The notes under the pieces: generated by a model
Told to the model about the DNA's origin: nothing
Databases searched by the model: none
The model's input: only the letters and a program-made list of their open reading frames with translations
Shown here: positions 9,962-18,278 of the stretch, piece by piece
Position numbering within the stretch: position 1 is the stretch's first letter
Layout of the letters: the number at the start of each line of letters is the position of its first letter
Source: Oscillospiraceae bacterium
GTDB taxonomy: Bacteria; Bacillota; Clostridia; Oscillospirales; Ruminococcaceae
Direction of reading: 5' to 3'
Assembly (NCBI GenBank): GCA_020024175.1
Contig: JAHHUB010000001.1
Span: 1 to 28,087 of the forward strand
Length of the DNA stretch: 28,087 nt
Translations under genes and position numbers: made by a program

Positions 9962-9995
9962 AAAAAACCATTCGTTATTTTACGAATGGTTTTTT
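9962..9995 (-). terminator. Intrinsic terminator after thiT
   Basis: AAAAAACCATTCGT-N6-ACGAATGGTTTTTT perfect inverted repeat with T-tracts on both strands, right after the thiT stop. Confidence 0.9.
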
Positions 9996-9999
9996 TAAT

Positions 10000-10569
10000 T
10001 TATGCTACATTTTGTTTTTTGATTTTATCAAAATCCACAAATCTTACTAAAAGTCCCACAACTACTCCTGTTGTAATCATTTCACCTATCATAATGGAGC
10101 CGTTATAGAGCAGTGAATATACAGTAGCACTCATGCCTTCAGGAGCATAAGTTCCCCAAATAATAATTCCGCTCAGGAAATGGCAGAAAAATCTGCCGAA
10201 TATTACTGCTACAGCTGCCACTACAGAACCCAGCACTTTCTTTTCCCCAAAAGGTTTTTTGATTAAATCAGCTAAGCCCAAAACTGTAAATGCAACTACA
10301 TAATCCAGCAAAATTACAAGGATAAAGTTCCAAATAGTCTGTACAGGCGGAGGATAAAATCCCTGTACCATTTGTAGCAGTGAATAAACAAAAGCAGTAA
10401 ATACTCCTGTTTTTGTTCCATACATAAAGGAAATGATAATGATTGGTGCCATACTTGCTATTGTAATAGAACCGCCGTTATAAAGCGAAAAAACTTTAAA
10501 CATAGACAGTACAAAAGCTAAAGCAAGCATAAGCCCACAGTGGGTGAGTTTTCTTAATTGTGGTTTCAT
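10000..10569 (-). CDS. thiT: ECF transporter S component for thiamine, ThiT
   Basis: About 6 TM segments. Motifs GGSIT.ASMAPI, LLDYVVAF..LGLA, RFFCHFLSG.I.W..YAP, YSLLYN. TPP riboswitch upstream. Confidence 0.93.
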   Translation of the reverse strand: MKPQLRKLTHCGLMLALAFVLSMFKVFSLYNGGSITIASMAPIIIISFMYGTKTGVFTAFVYSLLQMVQGFYPPPVQTIWNFILVILLDYVVAFTVLGLADLIKKPFGEKKVLGSVVAAVAVIFGRFFCHFLSGIIIWGTYAPEGMSATVYSLLYNGSIMIGEMITTGVVVGLLVRFVDFDKIKKQNVA

Positions 10570-10599
10570 AATAAGCCACCGTCCTTTCTGATTTTTCCG

Positions 10600-10630
10600 A
10601 AAAAGAAAACCGCAGATACAATGTCTGCGG
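10600..10630 (-). terminator. Riboswitch expression-platform terminator
   Basis: Minus strand CCGCAGACA-TTG-TATCTGCGG-TTTTCTTTTT between the TPP aptamer and the thiT RBS. Confidence 0.88.
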
Positions 10631-10654
10631 CGAAATAAGGCGTAGCTTTATCGT

Positions 10655-10750
10655 AAATTCCTCCGTCGGCATTATCCGAATCAGGTTTGCGGGTCAGTAC
10701 CGAATTTCATGCACTATCTCAGCCGACTTTTCGTCAGCACCCCGTTTCTT
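10655..10750 (-). ncRNA. TPP riboswitch aptamer
   Basis: Minus strand CGGGGTGCT...GGCTGAGA...GACCCGCAAACCTGATTCGGATAATGCCGACGGAGGAA, the canonical THI-box motifs. Confidence 0.96.
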
Positions 10751-10778
10751 CATACTGCGATTTAATTTTTACTTTTAT

Positions 10779-10807
10779 ATTATAACATAGTATGTCCTAA
10801 TTGTAAA
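10779..10807 (-). promoter_or_regulatory. SigA promoter for the TPP riboswitch-thiT unit
   Basis: TTTACA (10802-10807) - 17 nt - TATAAT (10779-10784) with extended TG. Confidence 0.8.
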
Positions 10808-10825
10808 TAACTTTCTAAAGACAAA

Positions 10826-11395
10826 TTATAATTTTATAATTTTTCCGCCAATTTTGAAAAAATCATCTTCACTATGAGTTACAATTAAAACATATTTATC
10901 TTTTATATGCTTTTTGACAAAATCCACACAAATATCCTTGGTAATACTGTCCAGTCCCTTAAAAGCTTCGTCCATTATGATAAAATCACCACCATGGAGC
11001 AAACATCTTGCCAAAGCTGTCCGCCTTTTCATGCCACCGCTTAAATTTTTAACAGATTTTATTAAATCTTCCTTTGAAAAACCCATTTCAGTTAAAGCTT
11101 GTTTGGCAGTTTCATCGGAAATATGGGGACAGGCAATTTTAATATTTTTAACAGAGGATATATTTTCACAGAGTCTGTCCTCCTGAAAAACCAAAGATTT
11201 TTTTAAGTTATCCAAACCGGTTATTTCACCGCTGTCAGCTTTTTTTAAACCTGTAATAATATTTATAAGAGTAGTTTTACCCTTTCCCGATTTTCCCATA
11301 ATAAAAACAGGTTCATTTTTTTTTATATTAAAACTTATTTTATTCAGTACAATATTTCCATCAAAGGATTTGGTAATTTCTTTAATCTCAATCAT
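10826..11395 (-). CDS. ABC transporter ATP-binding protein (NitT/TauT type)
   Basis: Walker A GKSGKGKT, VFQEDRL, LSGGMKRR, Walker B IIMDEAF, VTH. SD GGAGG; overlaps the permease stop. Confidence 0.92.
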   Translation of the reverse strand: MIEIKEITKSFDGNIVLNKISFNIKKNEPVFIMGKSGKGKTTLINIITGLKKADSGEITGLDNLKKSLVFQEDRLCENISSVKNIKIACPHISDETAKQALTEMGFSKEDLIKSVKNLSGGMKRRTALARCLLHGGDFIIMDEAFKGLDSITKDICVDFVKKHIKDKYVLIVTHSEDDFFKIGGKIIKL

Positions 11396-12161
11396 TTCCG
11401 TCCTCCATATGATAGAATTTACAATTTATTTTCTGTATGGTTTTGATAAACAGCTTTTCAAAAAATACACTTATAATGATGATAACCATTGTCCAGGCAA
11501 ATAAATAAGGTGTATCCAAATTTATTTTGGAGCGGTACAATGCATCACCAATGGAATTTTTAGGTGTGGCAATAACTTCGGCGGCAATTCCTGCTTTCCA
11601 GCACATACCAAGTCCCATGGAACAGGCAGAAATAAAATAAGGCATTACACTTGGCAAATAAATATATAAGAACTTGTTTTTAAAACTAAAATCATATATT
11701 TGAGCCATTTGCAGCATTTTTATATCTGTATTTTCAATTCCTTCCCTTATATTTGAATAAAACAATGGGAAAACAATTAAAAATGAGATAATTACTGAAA
11801 TATTTTCAGATTTTATCCAAAACAGTATCAGTATTATAAAAGATGCTATGGGAGTGGATTTAATTATTTGATTAATGGGAGTTATCAGAGCATAGGCAAT
11901 TTTGCTTTTGCAGGATATACTGCCAAAAAACGAACCTGATATAACTCCCAGAAAAAATCCTGTTGTAATTTTACCAAAACTTAAAAAAACTCTCTGCCAA
12001 AATTCTTTTTCAAAAATCATTTTTACAAAAGTTTTTATTACAACTAGAGGAGATACCATAAGTATCTCCTCATTTAAAATCATACTGATTAACTGCCAAA
12101 TAAAAATCCAAAATATTATTCCTGCAATATTTAATTATTTATTTGATAAAGAATGTTTCAT
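11388..12161 (-). pseudogene. ABC transporter permease (NitT/TauT type) interrupted by an in-frame TAA at codon 9; residual ORF 11388-12083
   Basis: AGGAGG (12173-12178) then ATG 12161: MKHSLSNK*LNIAGIIFWIFIWQLISMILNEEILMVSP... The body has IKSTPIASFIIL and CWKAGIAAEVI. Permease identity is firm; pseudogene status could reflect a sequencing error. Confidence 0.7.
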
Positions 12162-13242
12162 CAGGAAGTTTTCCTCCTACTGATTTAGGTTCCTGTTCAA
12201 AAAGTGCATTCAAATATCCATTTAATTTATTCTGCATTTCTTCACCTTTTATAAATACTATATTGCAAAGTGGAATAGCTTTTTTAGCTACAGGTTCAGG
12301 TGCAATTTCATATTTTGCAACTAACTTTGCACCTTCATCAATATTTTCATTTATGAATTTTACGGATTCCTCATATTCTTTCATAAACAGGTCATAAGCT
12401 TCTCTGTGGTTTTCATAAAATTCTTTTCTTACTACCATTACACCTGTAACCAGACTGCTGTTTTTGTCAAGCTTTTCCCATTCTTCAGAAAGGCTCAAAG
12501 CCATTCTCAAATCTGCATTTTTAGATTGTGCCACTGTTACAAAAGGCTGTGGAAGTAAAGCTATGGCAGATTTATCCTGTGCCATAAGTGCTGCAACTTC
12601 GGAAGCCTCGGATTTATATTCAACAGTCAAATCCTTGTCTGCATCAATTCCGGCAAGTTTAAGCACATGACGAAATGCAAATTCAGGAGTAGTGCCTTTT
12701 CCTGTGGAATAAATTGTCTTACCTTTTAAATCTGCCAAGCTGTGAACTGTATCACCTGATTCAACTACATACAATACACCCAAAGTGTTAATTGCTGCGG
12801 CTGAAATTTTTCCTTCTGTCTTATTAAAAATAACAGAAGCCAAATTTGCAGGAATAGCAGCGGCGTCCAAACTTCCATCAGCAAGTTTACCTACAATGGC
12901 ATCAGCTGTGCTTTCCATAACAATTTCATATTTTCCTTCACTGGTTCCCTCTTCTGCTTTATTCATAAGGTTTACCATGCCCATACCTGTTGGGCCTTTC
13001 ATAACCGCAATTTTAACAGTTTCTTTTTCAGTTGTTTGTGAAGAGCTTTCAGTGTTGTCGGAAGTTTCTTCGCTGTTGGAAGTTTCATCAGATTTTGAGC
13101 TTTCTTCACTGCCTGAAATTTCGGTGCTTACCTGTGAACTGCTGTCAGAATTTTTTTCTTCTTCTTTTTTGGTACAGCCTGCAAAAGTTGTCATTGTAAC
13201 AGAAAGAGCCAAAATCAAAGCTCCTAGTTTCTTTAAATTCAT
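12139..13242 (-). CDS. ABC transporter substrate-binding lipoprotein (NitT/TauT type)
   Basis: Signal peptide with lipobox FAGC, Ser/Glu-rich linker, KGPTGMGM, INTLGVLY, GKGTTPE, LPQPF, SVGGKLPD. Confidence 0.92.
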   Translation of the reverse strand: MNLKKLGALILALSVTMTTFAGCTKKEEEKNSDSSSQVSTEISGSEESSKSDETSNSEETSDNTESSSQTTEKETVKIAVMKGPTGMGMVNLMNKAEEGTSEGKYEIVMESTADAIVGKLADGSLDAAAIPANLASVIFNKTEGKISAAAINTLGVLYVVESGDTVHSLADLKGKTIYSTGKGTTPEFAFRHVLKLAGIDADKDLTVEYKSEASEVAALMAQDKSAIALLPQPFVTVAQSKNADLRMALSLSEEWEKLDKNSSLVTGVMVVRKEFYENHREAYDLFMKEYEESVKFINENIDEGAKLVAKYEIAPEPVAKKAIPLCNIVFIKGEEMQNKLNGYLNALFEQEPKSVGGKLPDETFFIK

Positions 13243-13260
13243 AAAATTTTTCCTCTTTTC

Positions 13261-13809
13261 TTATCTTTTCTGTACTGCCATAATATATGGGCACTCAGGT
13301 ACATTAATAATACGGTGTATCATGGAATCATACTCTTTTTTATTGAGAGATGCAAGCATTTTTTCTATTTCAATGCCCTCCAACCTGCCTTCTTCATGAC
13401 CGGGATATACAACAATCAGTATCATTCCGCCTTTTTCCAATAAATCCATTGCGTTTTTTATGGCAGGAAGTGTGGTTTCTCTTTTGGTGGTAATTATTTT
13501 TTCATGATTTGGCAGCCAACCTAAATTAAACATAGCTGCAGATATATTTTCGTGAATATAGTCTTTAATTTTGCTGTGGCAACTGTTAATTAAAGTTACA
13601 TTTTTAAAAGAATTATTTTCACGAAGTTTTTTTTCGGTGCTGATTAATGCCTCTGGCTGTATATCAAAAGCATAAACATGACCTTTGGGAACCAAACTGC
13701 TTAAAAAAAGTGTATCTCCGCCATTTCCCATAGTACAGTCAGCCACAATACTGTCTTCACGCACCACGGTTTTAATTAAATCTTTCGCTGTATCTAATAT
13801 TGACTGCAT
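13261..13809 (-). CDS. mnmM: Class I SAM-dependent methyltransferase, YtqB/MnmM-like (putative tRNA mnm5(s2)U34 methyltransferase)
   Basis: DCTMGNGGDT, VYAFDIQ, MFNLGWLP, VYPGHEEG motifs typical of the YtqB family. Confidence 0.8.
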   Translation of the reverse strand: MQSILDTAKDLIKTVVREDSIVADCTMGNGGDTLFLSSLVPKGHVYAFDIQPEALISTEKKLRENNSFKNVTLINSCHSKIKDYIHENISAAMFNLGWLPNHEKIITTKRETTLPAIKNAMDLLEKGGMILIVVYPGHEEGRLEGIEIEKMLASLNKKEYDSMIHRIINVPECPYIMAVQKR

Positions 13810-13829
13810 ATCATCACTTCTTTTCGGTT

Positions 13830-14297
13830 TTATTTATCTTCATTTTTTAAAAATTCTTCGACTTTTTCTCTGGTAAGTCTTGTTTTTCTGTGATTATATC
13901 CGCCACCGTTAAATCCGATTACTATATCATCATGACATATCACTCCAGGAAAATGAAATTCACACTGATTTACATCTCCTGCATTGCTGATTAAAATATT
14001 ATTTTTTCTGCACTCTTCATAAATCATACTGTTTACATCGGAATTATCAGTAATTGCCAAAACCATATCAGCACCTATAATATCATTGGGAGAAAATTCT
14101 TTTTTCACCCAGTTTATTTTCTTTTCTTCATATAGCTTTTGCAAAGTCGGAGTTATTTTGGGAGATATGACTTTTATATTTTCTGTGAAATTAGTCAAAG
14201 TCATTACTCGTCTTTCTGCAATATGTCCGCCGCCAATAACAGTAACCTGTTTTTCCGATAAATCCACAAAAAGTGGGAACATTTTTTTAGTTTTCAT
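13830..14297 (-). CDS. Precorrin-2 dehydrogenase/sirohydrochlorin ferrochelatase family protein (SirC/CysG N-terminal type)
   Basis: FPLFVDL, VIGGGHIAERR, VISP, A.TD...N, CEFHFP motifs; short 155-aa form. Confidence 0.85.
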   Translation of the reverse strand: MKTKKMFPLFVDLSEKQVTVIGGGHIAERRVMTLTNFTENIKVISPKITPTLQKLYEEKKINWVKKEFSPNDIIGADMVLAITDNSDVNSMIYEECRKNNILISNAGDVNQCEFHFPGVICHDDIVIGFNGGGYNHRKTRLTREKVEEFLKNEDK

Positions 14298-14318
14298 TTC
14301 TGTTGTCTTTCTCTCTTA

Positions 14319-14358
14319 AATATTCCTAAAGTGTCAGAAAAAACACTTCAGGAATATT
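14319..14358 (-). terminator. Stem-loop after aspS (partial terminator or stabiliser)
   Basis: Minus strand AATATTCCTGAAGTGT-N8-ACACTTTAGGAATATT (16 bp, one G-U), weak U-tract. Confidence 0.6.
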
Positions 14359-14367
14359 ATTATAAAT

Positions 14368-16155
14368 TTAGTTTTCTTTTTCGGAAAGTTTAAGTGCAAT
14401 ATGCAAATCGTCAAGAGCCTTGTCATCAACAGTGCTGGGGCAGGCACTCATAATTTCACTGGCATTTTGAACTTTTGGAAATGCAATAACATCTCTGAGG
14501 TTATCAGCACCACACATAATCATGGCAAGTCTGTCAAGTCCAATACCTACACCACCGTGAGGGGGAGCTGCATATTTGTATGCATCAACCAAAAATCCGA
14601 ATTTAGCTTCTATTTCTTCCTTGGTAAGACCCAGTGATTCAAACATCTTCTGCTGAAGTTCATAATCATTAATTCTTATAGAACCTGAGCAAAGTTCAAC
14701 ACCATTGGCAACCAGGTCATATGCTTTAGCTCTTACTTTTTCCTGATCTGTGTCAAGGTATTCAAGACATTCTTCCAAAGGCATGGTGAATGGGTGATGC
14801 ATTGCTACCCAGCTATTGCTTTCATCATCCCATTCAAAGAATGGGAATTCAGTAATCCAAAGGAGGTTAAACTGATCTTTAGGAATAATGTCAAGCTGTT
14901 TTGCAACTGTAAGACGGAGCTGTCCCAAAACAGGCAAAGTAATTCTGTTTTTGTCTGCTACAATAAGGGCAACATCTCCTTTTTCCATGGAAAGCTTGTT
15001 CATAATTTCATCAAGTTCCCCGTCTTTGAGGAATTTGCTGAATGAACAGTTAGGTTCTTCGTCAGCCCAACGAATATATGCAAGACCTTTGGCACCGATT
15101 CCTTTAGCCTGTTCGGTAAGCTTGTCTATATTCTTTCTTGTAAGAACAGCGGCACTGTTTTTTGCTACAATAGCTCTTACACTGCCGTCATTTTCGAGTG
15201 CACCTTTAAATACAACAAAATCTGTATTTTTAACTGTTTCAGAAAGGTCAATGATTTCCATAGCAAATCTGGTATCCGGTTTATCAGAACCAAATCTTTC
15301 CATAGCTTCTTTATAAGTATAATGTGGGAAATCAGGCAGTTCAATACCTTTAATTTCCTTAAACAATGTCTTTGCAAAGCCTTCAACCATTTCCATAACA
15401 TCTTCTTGGTCAACAAAGCTCATTTCCATATCTATTTGAGTAAAATCAGGCTGACGGTCAGCTCTTAAATCTTCATCTCTGAAACATCTTGCAAGCTGAA
15501 TATATCTGTCAAAACCTGATACCATCAAAAGCTGTTTGTAAATTTGAGGAGACTGAGGCAAAGCGTAAAATTTGCCTTCATGGATTCTTGATGGAACTAA
15601 ATAGTCTCTGGCACCTTCGGGAGTGGATTTCATAAGCATTGGTGTTTCAATTTCAATAAATCCGTTTTTGTAGAAATATTCTCTTGCCACTCTTGCAATA
15701 TTATGTCGCATAATAAGGTTTTCCTGAAGAGATCTTCTTCTCAAATCCAGATAACGGTATTTTAGTCTTAATTCTTCCTTTACATTTGTATCGTCAACAA
15801 TTTCGAAAGGAGGTGTCTGAGCCTTTGCCATAACTCTCAGTTCTGTTACAATAATTTCGATTTCACCTGTGGCAATTTCTGTATTTACAGCTTCTCTTGC
15901 CATAACCTTGCCCTTTGCCATAAGTACAAATTCACTTCTTGCAGAGGAAGCTTTTTCAAATACTTCTCTGTCTGTTTCATCATTAAAAACAAGCTGAACA
16001 ATACCTGTTCTGTCTCTGAGGTCAATGAAAATAAGATGACCCTTGTTTCTCTGTCTTTGTACCCAGCCACCTACTACGATTTCTTTTCCTATATCATTTT
16101 TGGTAACTTCACCACAGTAGTGAGTTCTTCTTATACCTTTAATAGATTCTCCCAT
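14368..16155 (-). CDS. aspS: Aspartate--tRNA ligase
   Basis: RTHYCG, RLKYRYLDLRR, PEGARDYLVPSR, ARCFRDEDLRADRQP, HHPFT, PPHGG..GLDR. Start reassigned to ATG 16155 (SD AGGAGA). Confidence 0.98.
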   Translation of the reverse strand: MGESIKGIRRTHYCGEVTKNDIGKEIVVGGWVQRQRNKGHLIFIDLRDRTGIVQLVFNDETDREVFEKASSARSEFVLMAKGKVMAREAVNTEIATGEIEIIVTELRVMAKAQTPPFEIVDDTNVKEELRLKYRYLDLRRRSLQENLIMRHNIARVAREYFYKNGFIEIETPMLMKSTPEGARDYLVPSRIHEGKFYALPQSPQIYKQLLMVSGFDRYIQLARCFRDEDLRADRQPDFTQIDMEMSFVDQEDVMEMVEGFAKTLFKEIKGIELPDFPHYTYKEAMERFGSDKPDTRFAMEIIDLSETVKNTDFVVFKGALENDGSVRAIVAKNSAAVLTRKNIDKLTEQAKGIGAKGLAYIRWADEEPNCSFSKFLKDGELDEIMNKLSMEKGDVALIVADKNRITLPVLGQLRLTVAKQLDIIPKDQFNLLWITEFPFFEWDDESNSWVAMHHPFTMPLEECLEYLDTDQEKVRAKAYDLVANGVELCSGSIRINDYELQQKMFESLGLTKEEIEAKFGFLVDAYKYAAPPHGGVGIGLDRLAMIMCGADNLRDVIAFPKVQNASEIMSACPSTVDDKALDDLHIALKLSEKEN

Positions 16156-16174
16156 TTTAATACATCTCCTTATA

Positions 16175-17527
16175 TTAGTGTTCGTGATGGCAGTAGCCAC
16201 AGTCACATTCATCATCGTCATCATCATGACCGAAACGGTGATCTCTTTCCTCATCTCTTACCAATGTATCATAAAAATCATCTACAAAATCCTGTCCGAT
16301 AGAAATTTCGGAGGTTTCACCGGTAGCCATATTTTTAAGTATGGCAGAGCCTTTTTCAATTTCTTCATCACCCAAAACCAAAGTGTATTTTGCGCCGATT
16401 TTATCAGCATATTTCATTTGAGCCTTAACACTTCTGCCTACTGTATCTGTTTGTGCAAAGAAAGTTCTCTTTCTTAAATCATGAGTCAAAAGTATTGCTG
16501 TATCTAAGGCTTTTTCTCCCATAGCAGCTATATATATTTCACATTCAGGAGGAGCAGGAAATTCTGCATTACAGCTTTCCATAAGCATGATAAGTCTTTC
16601 CAGACCAATAGCAAAACCTATAGCCGGTGTAGGCTTTCCGCCTAACTGTTCTACCAAACCATCATATCTTCCACCACCGCAAATTGTGCCTTGAGCACCG
16701 ATTTTATCACATACAAATTCAAAAACAGTCTTTGTGTAGTAATCAAGTCCTCTTACTATTTTGGGATTTACTGCATATTTAATATTCATAGCATCCAAAT
16801 ATTTTTGAAGCTTTTCAAAGTGGGATTTACATTCATCACAGAGATAATCCAAAGTTTTAGGTGCATTTTCTGCTAATTTTTGACAGTTTTCTTCTTTGCA
16901 GTCCAAAAGACGCATAGGGTTTTTTTCCAATCTGTCCAAACAGGTTTTACAAAGTTCGTTTTTATGTGCTGCATAATATTCTTCCAAAGCTTTGTGGTAT
17001 GCTTTTCTGCATTGGGGGCAACCTATGGAGTTAATCTCCAAATGATATTCGTCAATCTGCAAATGTTCCAAAATACTGTTCATAAGATCAATTATTTCAG
17101 CATCTGCCGAAGGTTCTGCAGACCCGAACATTTCCACACCGAATTGATTAAATTCTCTGTATCTTCCTGATTGGGGTCTCTCATAACGGTAGTTTCTTCC
17201 GTTATAGCAAACTCTTACAGGCAAAGTTTCGTTAAGAAGTCCATTTTCCAAACAAGCTCTTACAGCTCCTGCTGTGCCTTCAGGTTTTAATGCCAAATGT
17301 CTGCCGCCCTTATCCTCAAATTCATACATTTCTTTTTGTACAACATCGGAAGTATCCCCTACGGAACGGACAAAAAGATTTATATCTTCAAAATTAGGGG
17401 TTCTTATTTCCTGAAATCCGTATATTTCCGCCAAATCCATAGCGGTATCTTCAACATACTGCCATTTTCTTACTTCAGAGGGCAATATATCATGGGTTCC
17501 TTTAGGTGCTTTTGCCAGTAATGCCAT
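16175..17527 (-). CDS. hisS: Histidine--tRNA ligase
   Basis: PKGTHD, VVQKEMY, PEGTAG, YERPQSGRYREF.Q, VRGLDYY, GGGRYDGL, GLERL. Start reassigned to ATG 17527 (SD AAGGA). Confidence 0.98.
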   Translation of the reverse strand: MALLAKAPKGTHDILPSEVRKWQYVEDTAMDLAEIYGFQEIRTPNFEDINLFVRSVGDTSDVVQKEMYEFEDKGGRHLALKPEGTAGAVRACLENGLLNETLPVRVCYNGRNYRYERPQSGRYREFNQFGVEMFGSAEPSADAEIIDLMNSILEHLQIDEYHLEINSIGCPQCRKAYHKALEEYYAAHKNELCKTCLDRLEKNPMRLLDCKEENCQKLAENAPKTLDYLCDECKSHFEKLQKYLDAMNIKYAVNPKIVRGLDYYTKTVFEFVCDKIGAQGTICGGGRYDGLVEQLGGKPTPAIGFAIGLERLIMLMESCNAEFPAPPECEIYIAAMGEKALDTAILLTHDLRKRTFFAQTDTVGRSVKAQMKYADKIGAKYTLVLGDEEIEKGSAILKNMATGETSEISIGQDFVDDFYDTLVRDEERDHRFGHDDDDDECDCGYCHHEH

Positions 17528-17559
17528 AAACTTATCCTTCTTTCTCAAAAATTCCTTTT

Positions 17560-17815
17560 AAAAAATAAAAATCTCCCCATCCCCAATAGACCTTGTGAGT
17601 CTGTAAGGGACGAGGAGCAAAATTTCCACGCGGTACCACCCTAATTGCGGTATTTTAACCGCCTCTTTCAATTTTTTAACGCAAAATCACACGGGAAAAT
17701 TGCAAATGCTCTTTTCCTACTCCGCAGGTGTCCTTCACAGCAATTTGACAAATACTTTCACCAACCGTATTTTCTCTGAATGTCAAATTAAAAGTTACTG
17801 CTCCTGTATCACTGT
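17560..17815 (-). ncRNA. T-box riboswitch leader of hisS-aspS (probable Asp GAC specifier)
   Basis: Minus strand stem I with AGTA, CAGAGA and GGTTGGTGAAA motifs; specifier region GAAGGACACCTG; T-box AATTAGGGTGGTACCGCG; terminator CTCCTCGTCCC...GGGGATGGGGAG-ATTTTTATTTTTT. Confidence 0.95.
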
Positions 17816-17827
17816 ATTTATTTTATA

Positions 17828-18232
17828 TTACTTTTTTGGGTTTACTATATTTCTCCAGTCCAAATCTCCTCTTTCCAAAGCATGGATAAGAGCTTCAGCT
17901 GTAGCGATATTTGTAGCAACAGGTATGTTATGCACATCACAAAGTCTGAGTATATTTGATACATCAGGTTCGTTTTTGCCGTGATTATTGGGGTCTCTCA
18001 TAAAAATCAAAAGATCAATCTCGTTGCAGGCAATTCTCGCTCCAATTTGTTGATCCCCACCCTGACTTCCGCTCAGGAATTTAAAAATATTAAGTCCTGT
18101 AGCTTCTGTTATAAATCTTCCGGTTGTTCCTGTGGCACACAAATTGTGTCTGCTCAAAATACCGCTGTAAGCGATACAAAACTGTACCATTAGTTCTTTT
18201 TTGGAATCATGTGCTATAAGAGCTATATTCAT
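17828..18232 (-). CDS. mgsA: Methylglyoxal synthase
   Basis: [48 protein letters not shown]. Confidence 0.92.
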   Translation of the reverse strand: MNIALIAHDSKKELMVQFCIAYSGILSRHNLCATGTTGRFITEATGLNIFKFLSGSQGGDQQIGARIACNEIDLLIFMRDPNNHGKNEPDVSNILRLCDVHNIPVATNIATAEALIHALERGDLDWRNIVNPKK

Positions 18233-18278
18233 ATAAATTACTCCTTATTTATCATATGTCATTATTATATATCGGATT

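Noticed and set aside
12785..13399. 204-aa plus-strand ORF
   Set aside because: Antisense to the lipoprotein and methyltransferase genes; mirrors the low-complexity linker.
16156..16254. 33-aa Met-rich N-terminal extension of AspRS in the ORF track
   Set aside because: It is the alternate frame of the hisS Asp-rich tail; the real start is ATG 16155 with SD AGGAGA.
17700..17984. Plus-strand ORF over the T-box and mgsA
   Set aside because: Antisense to a structured RNA and a recognised gene.
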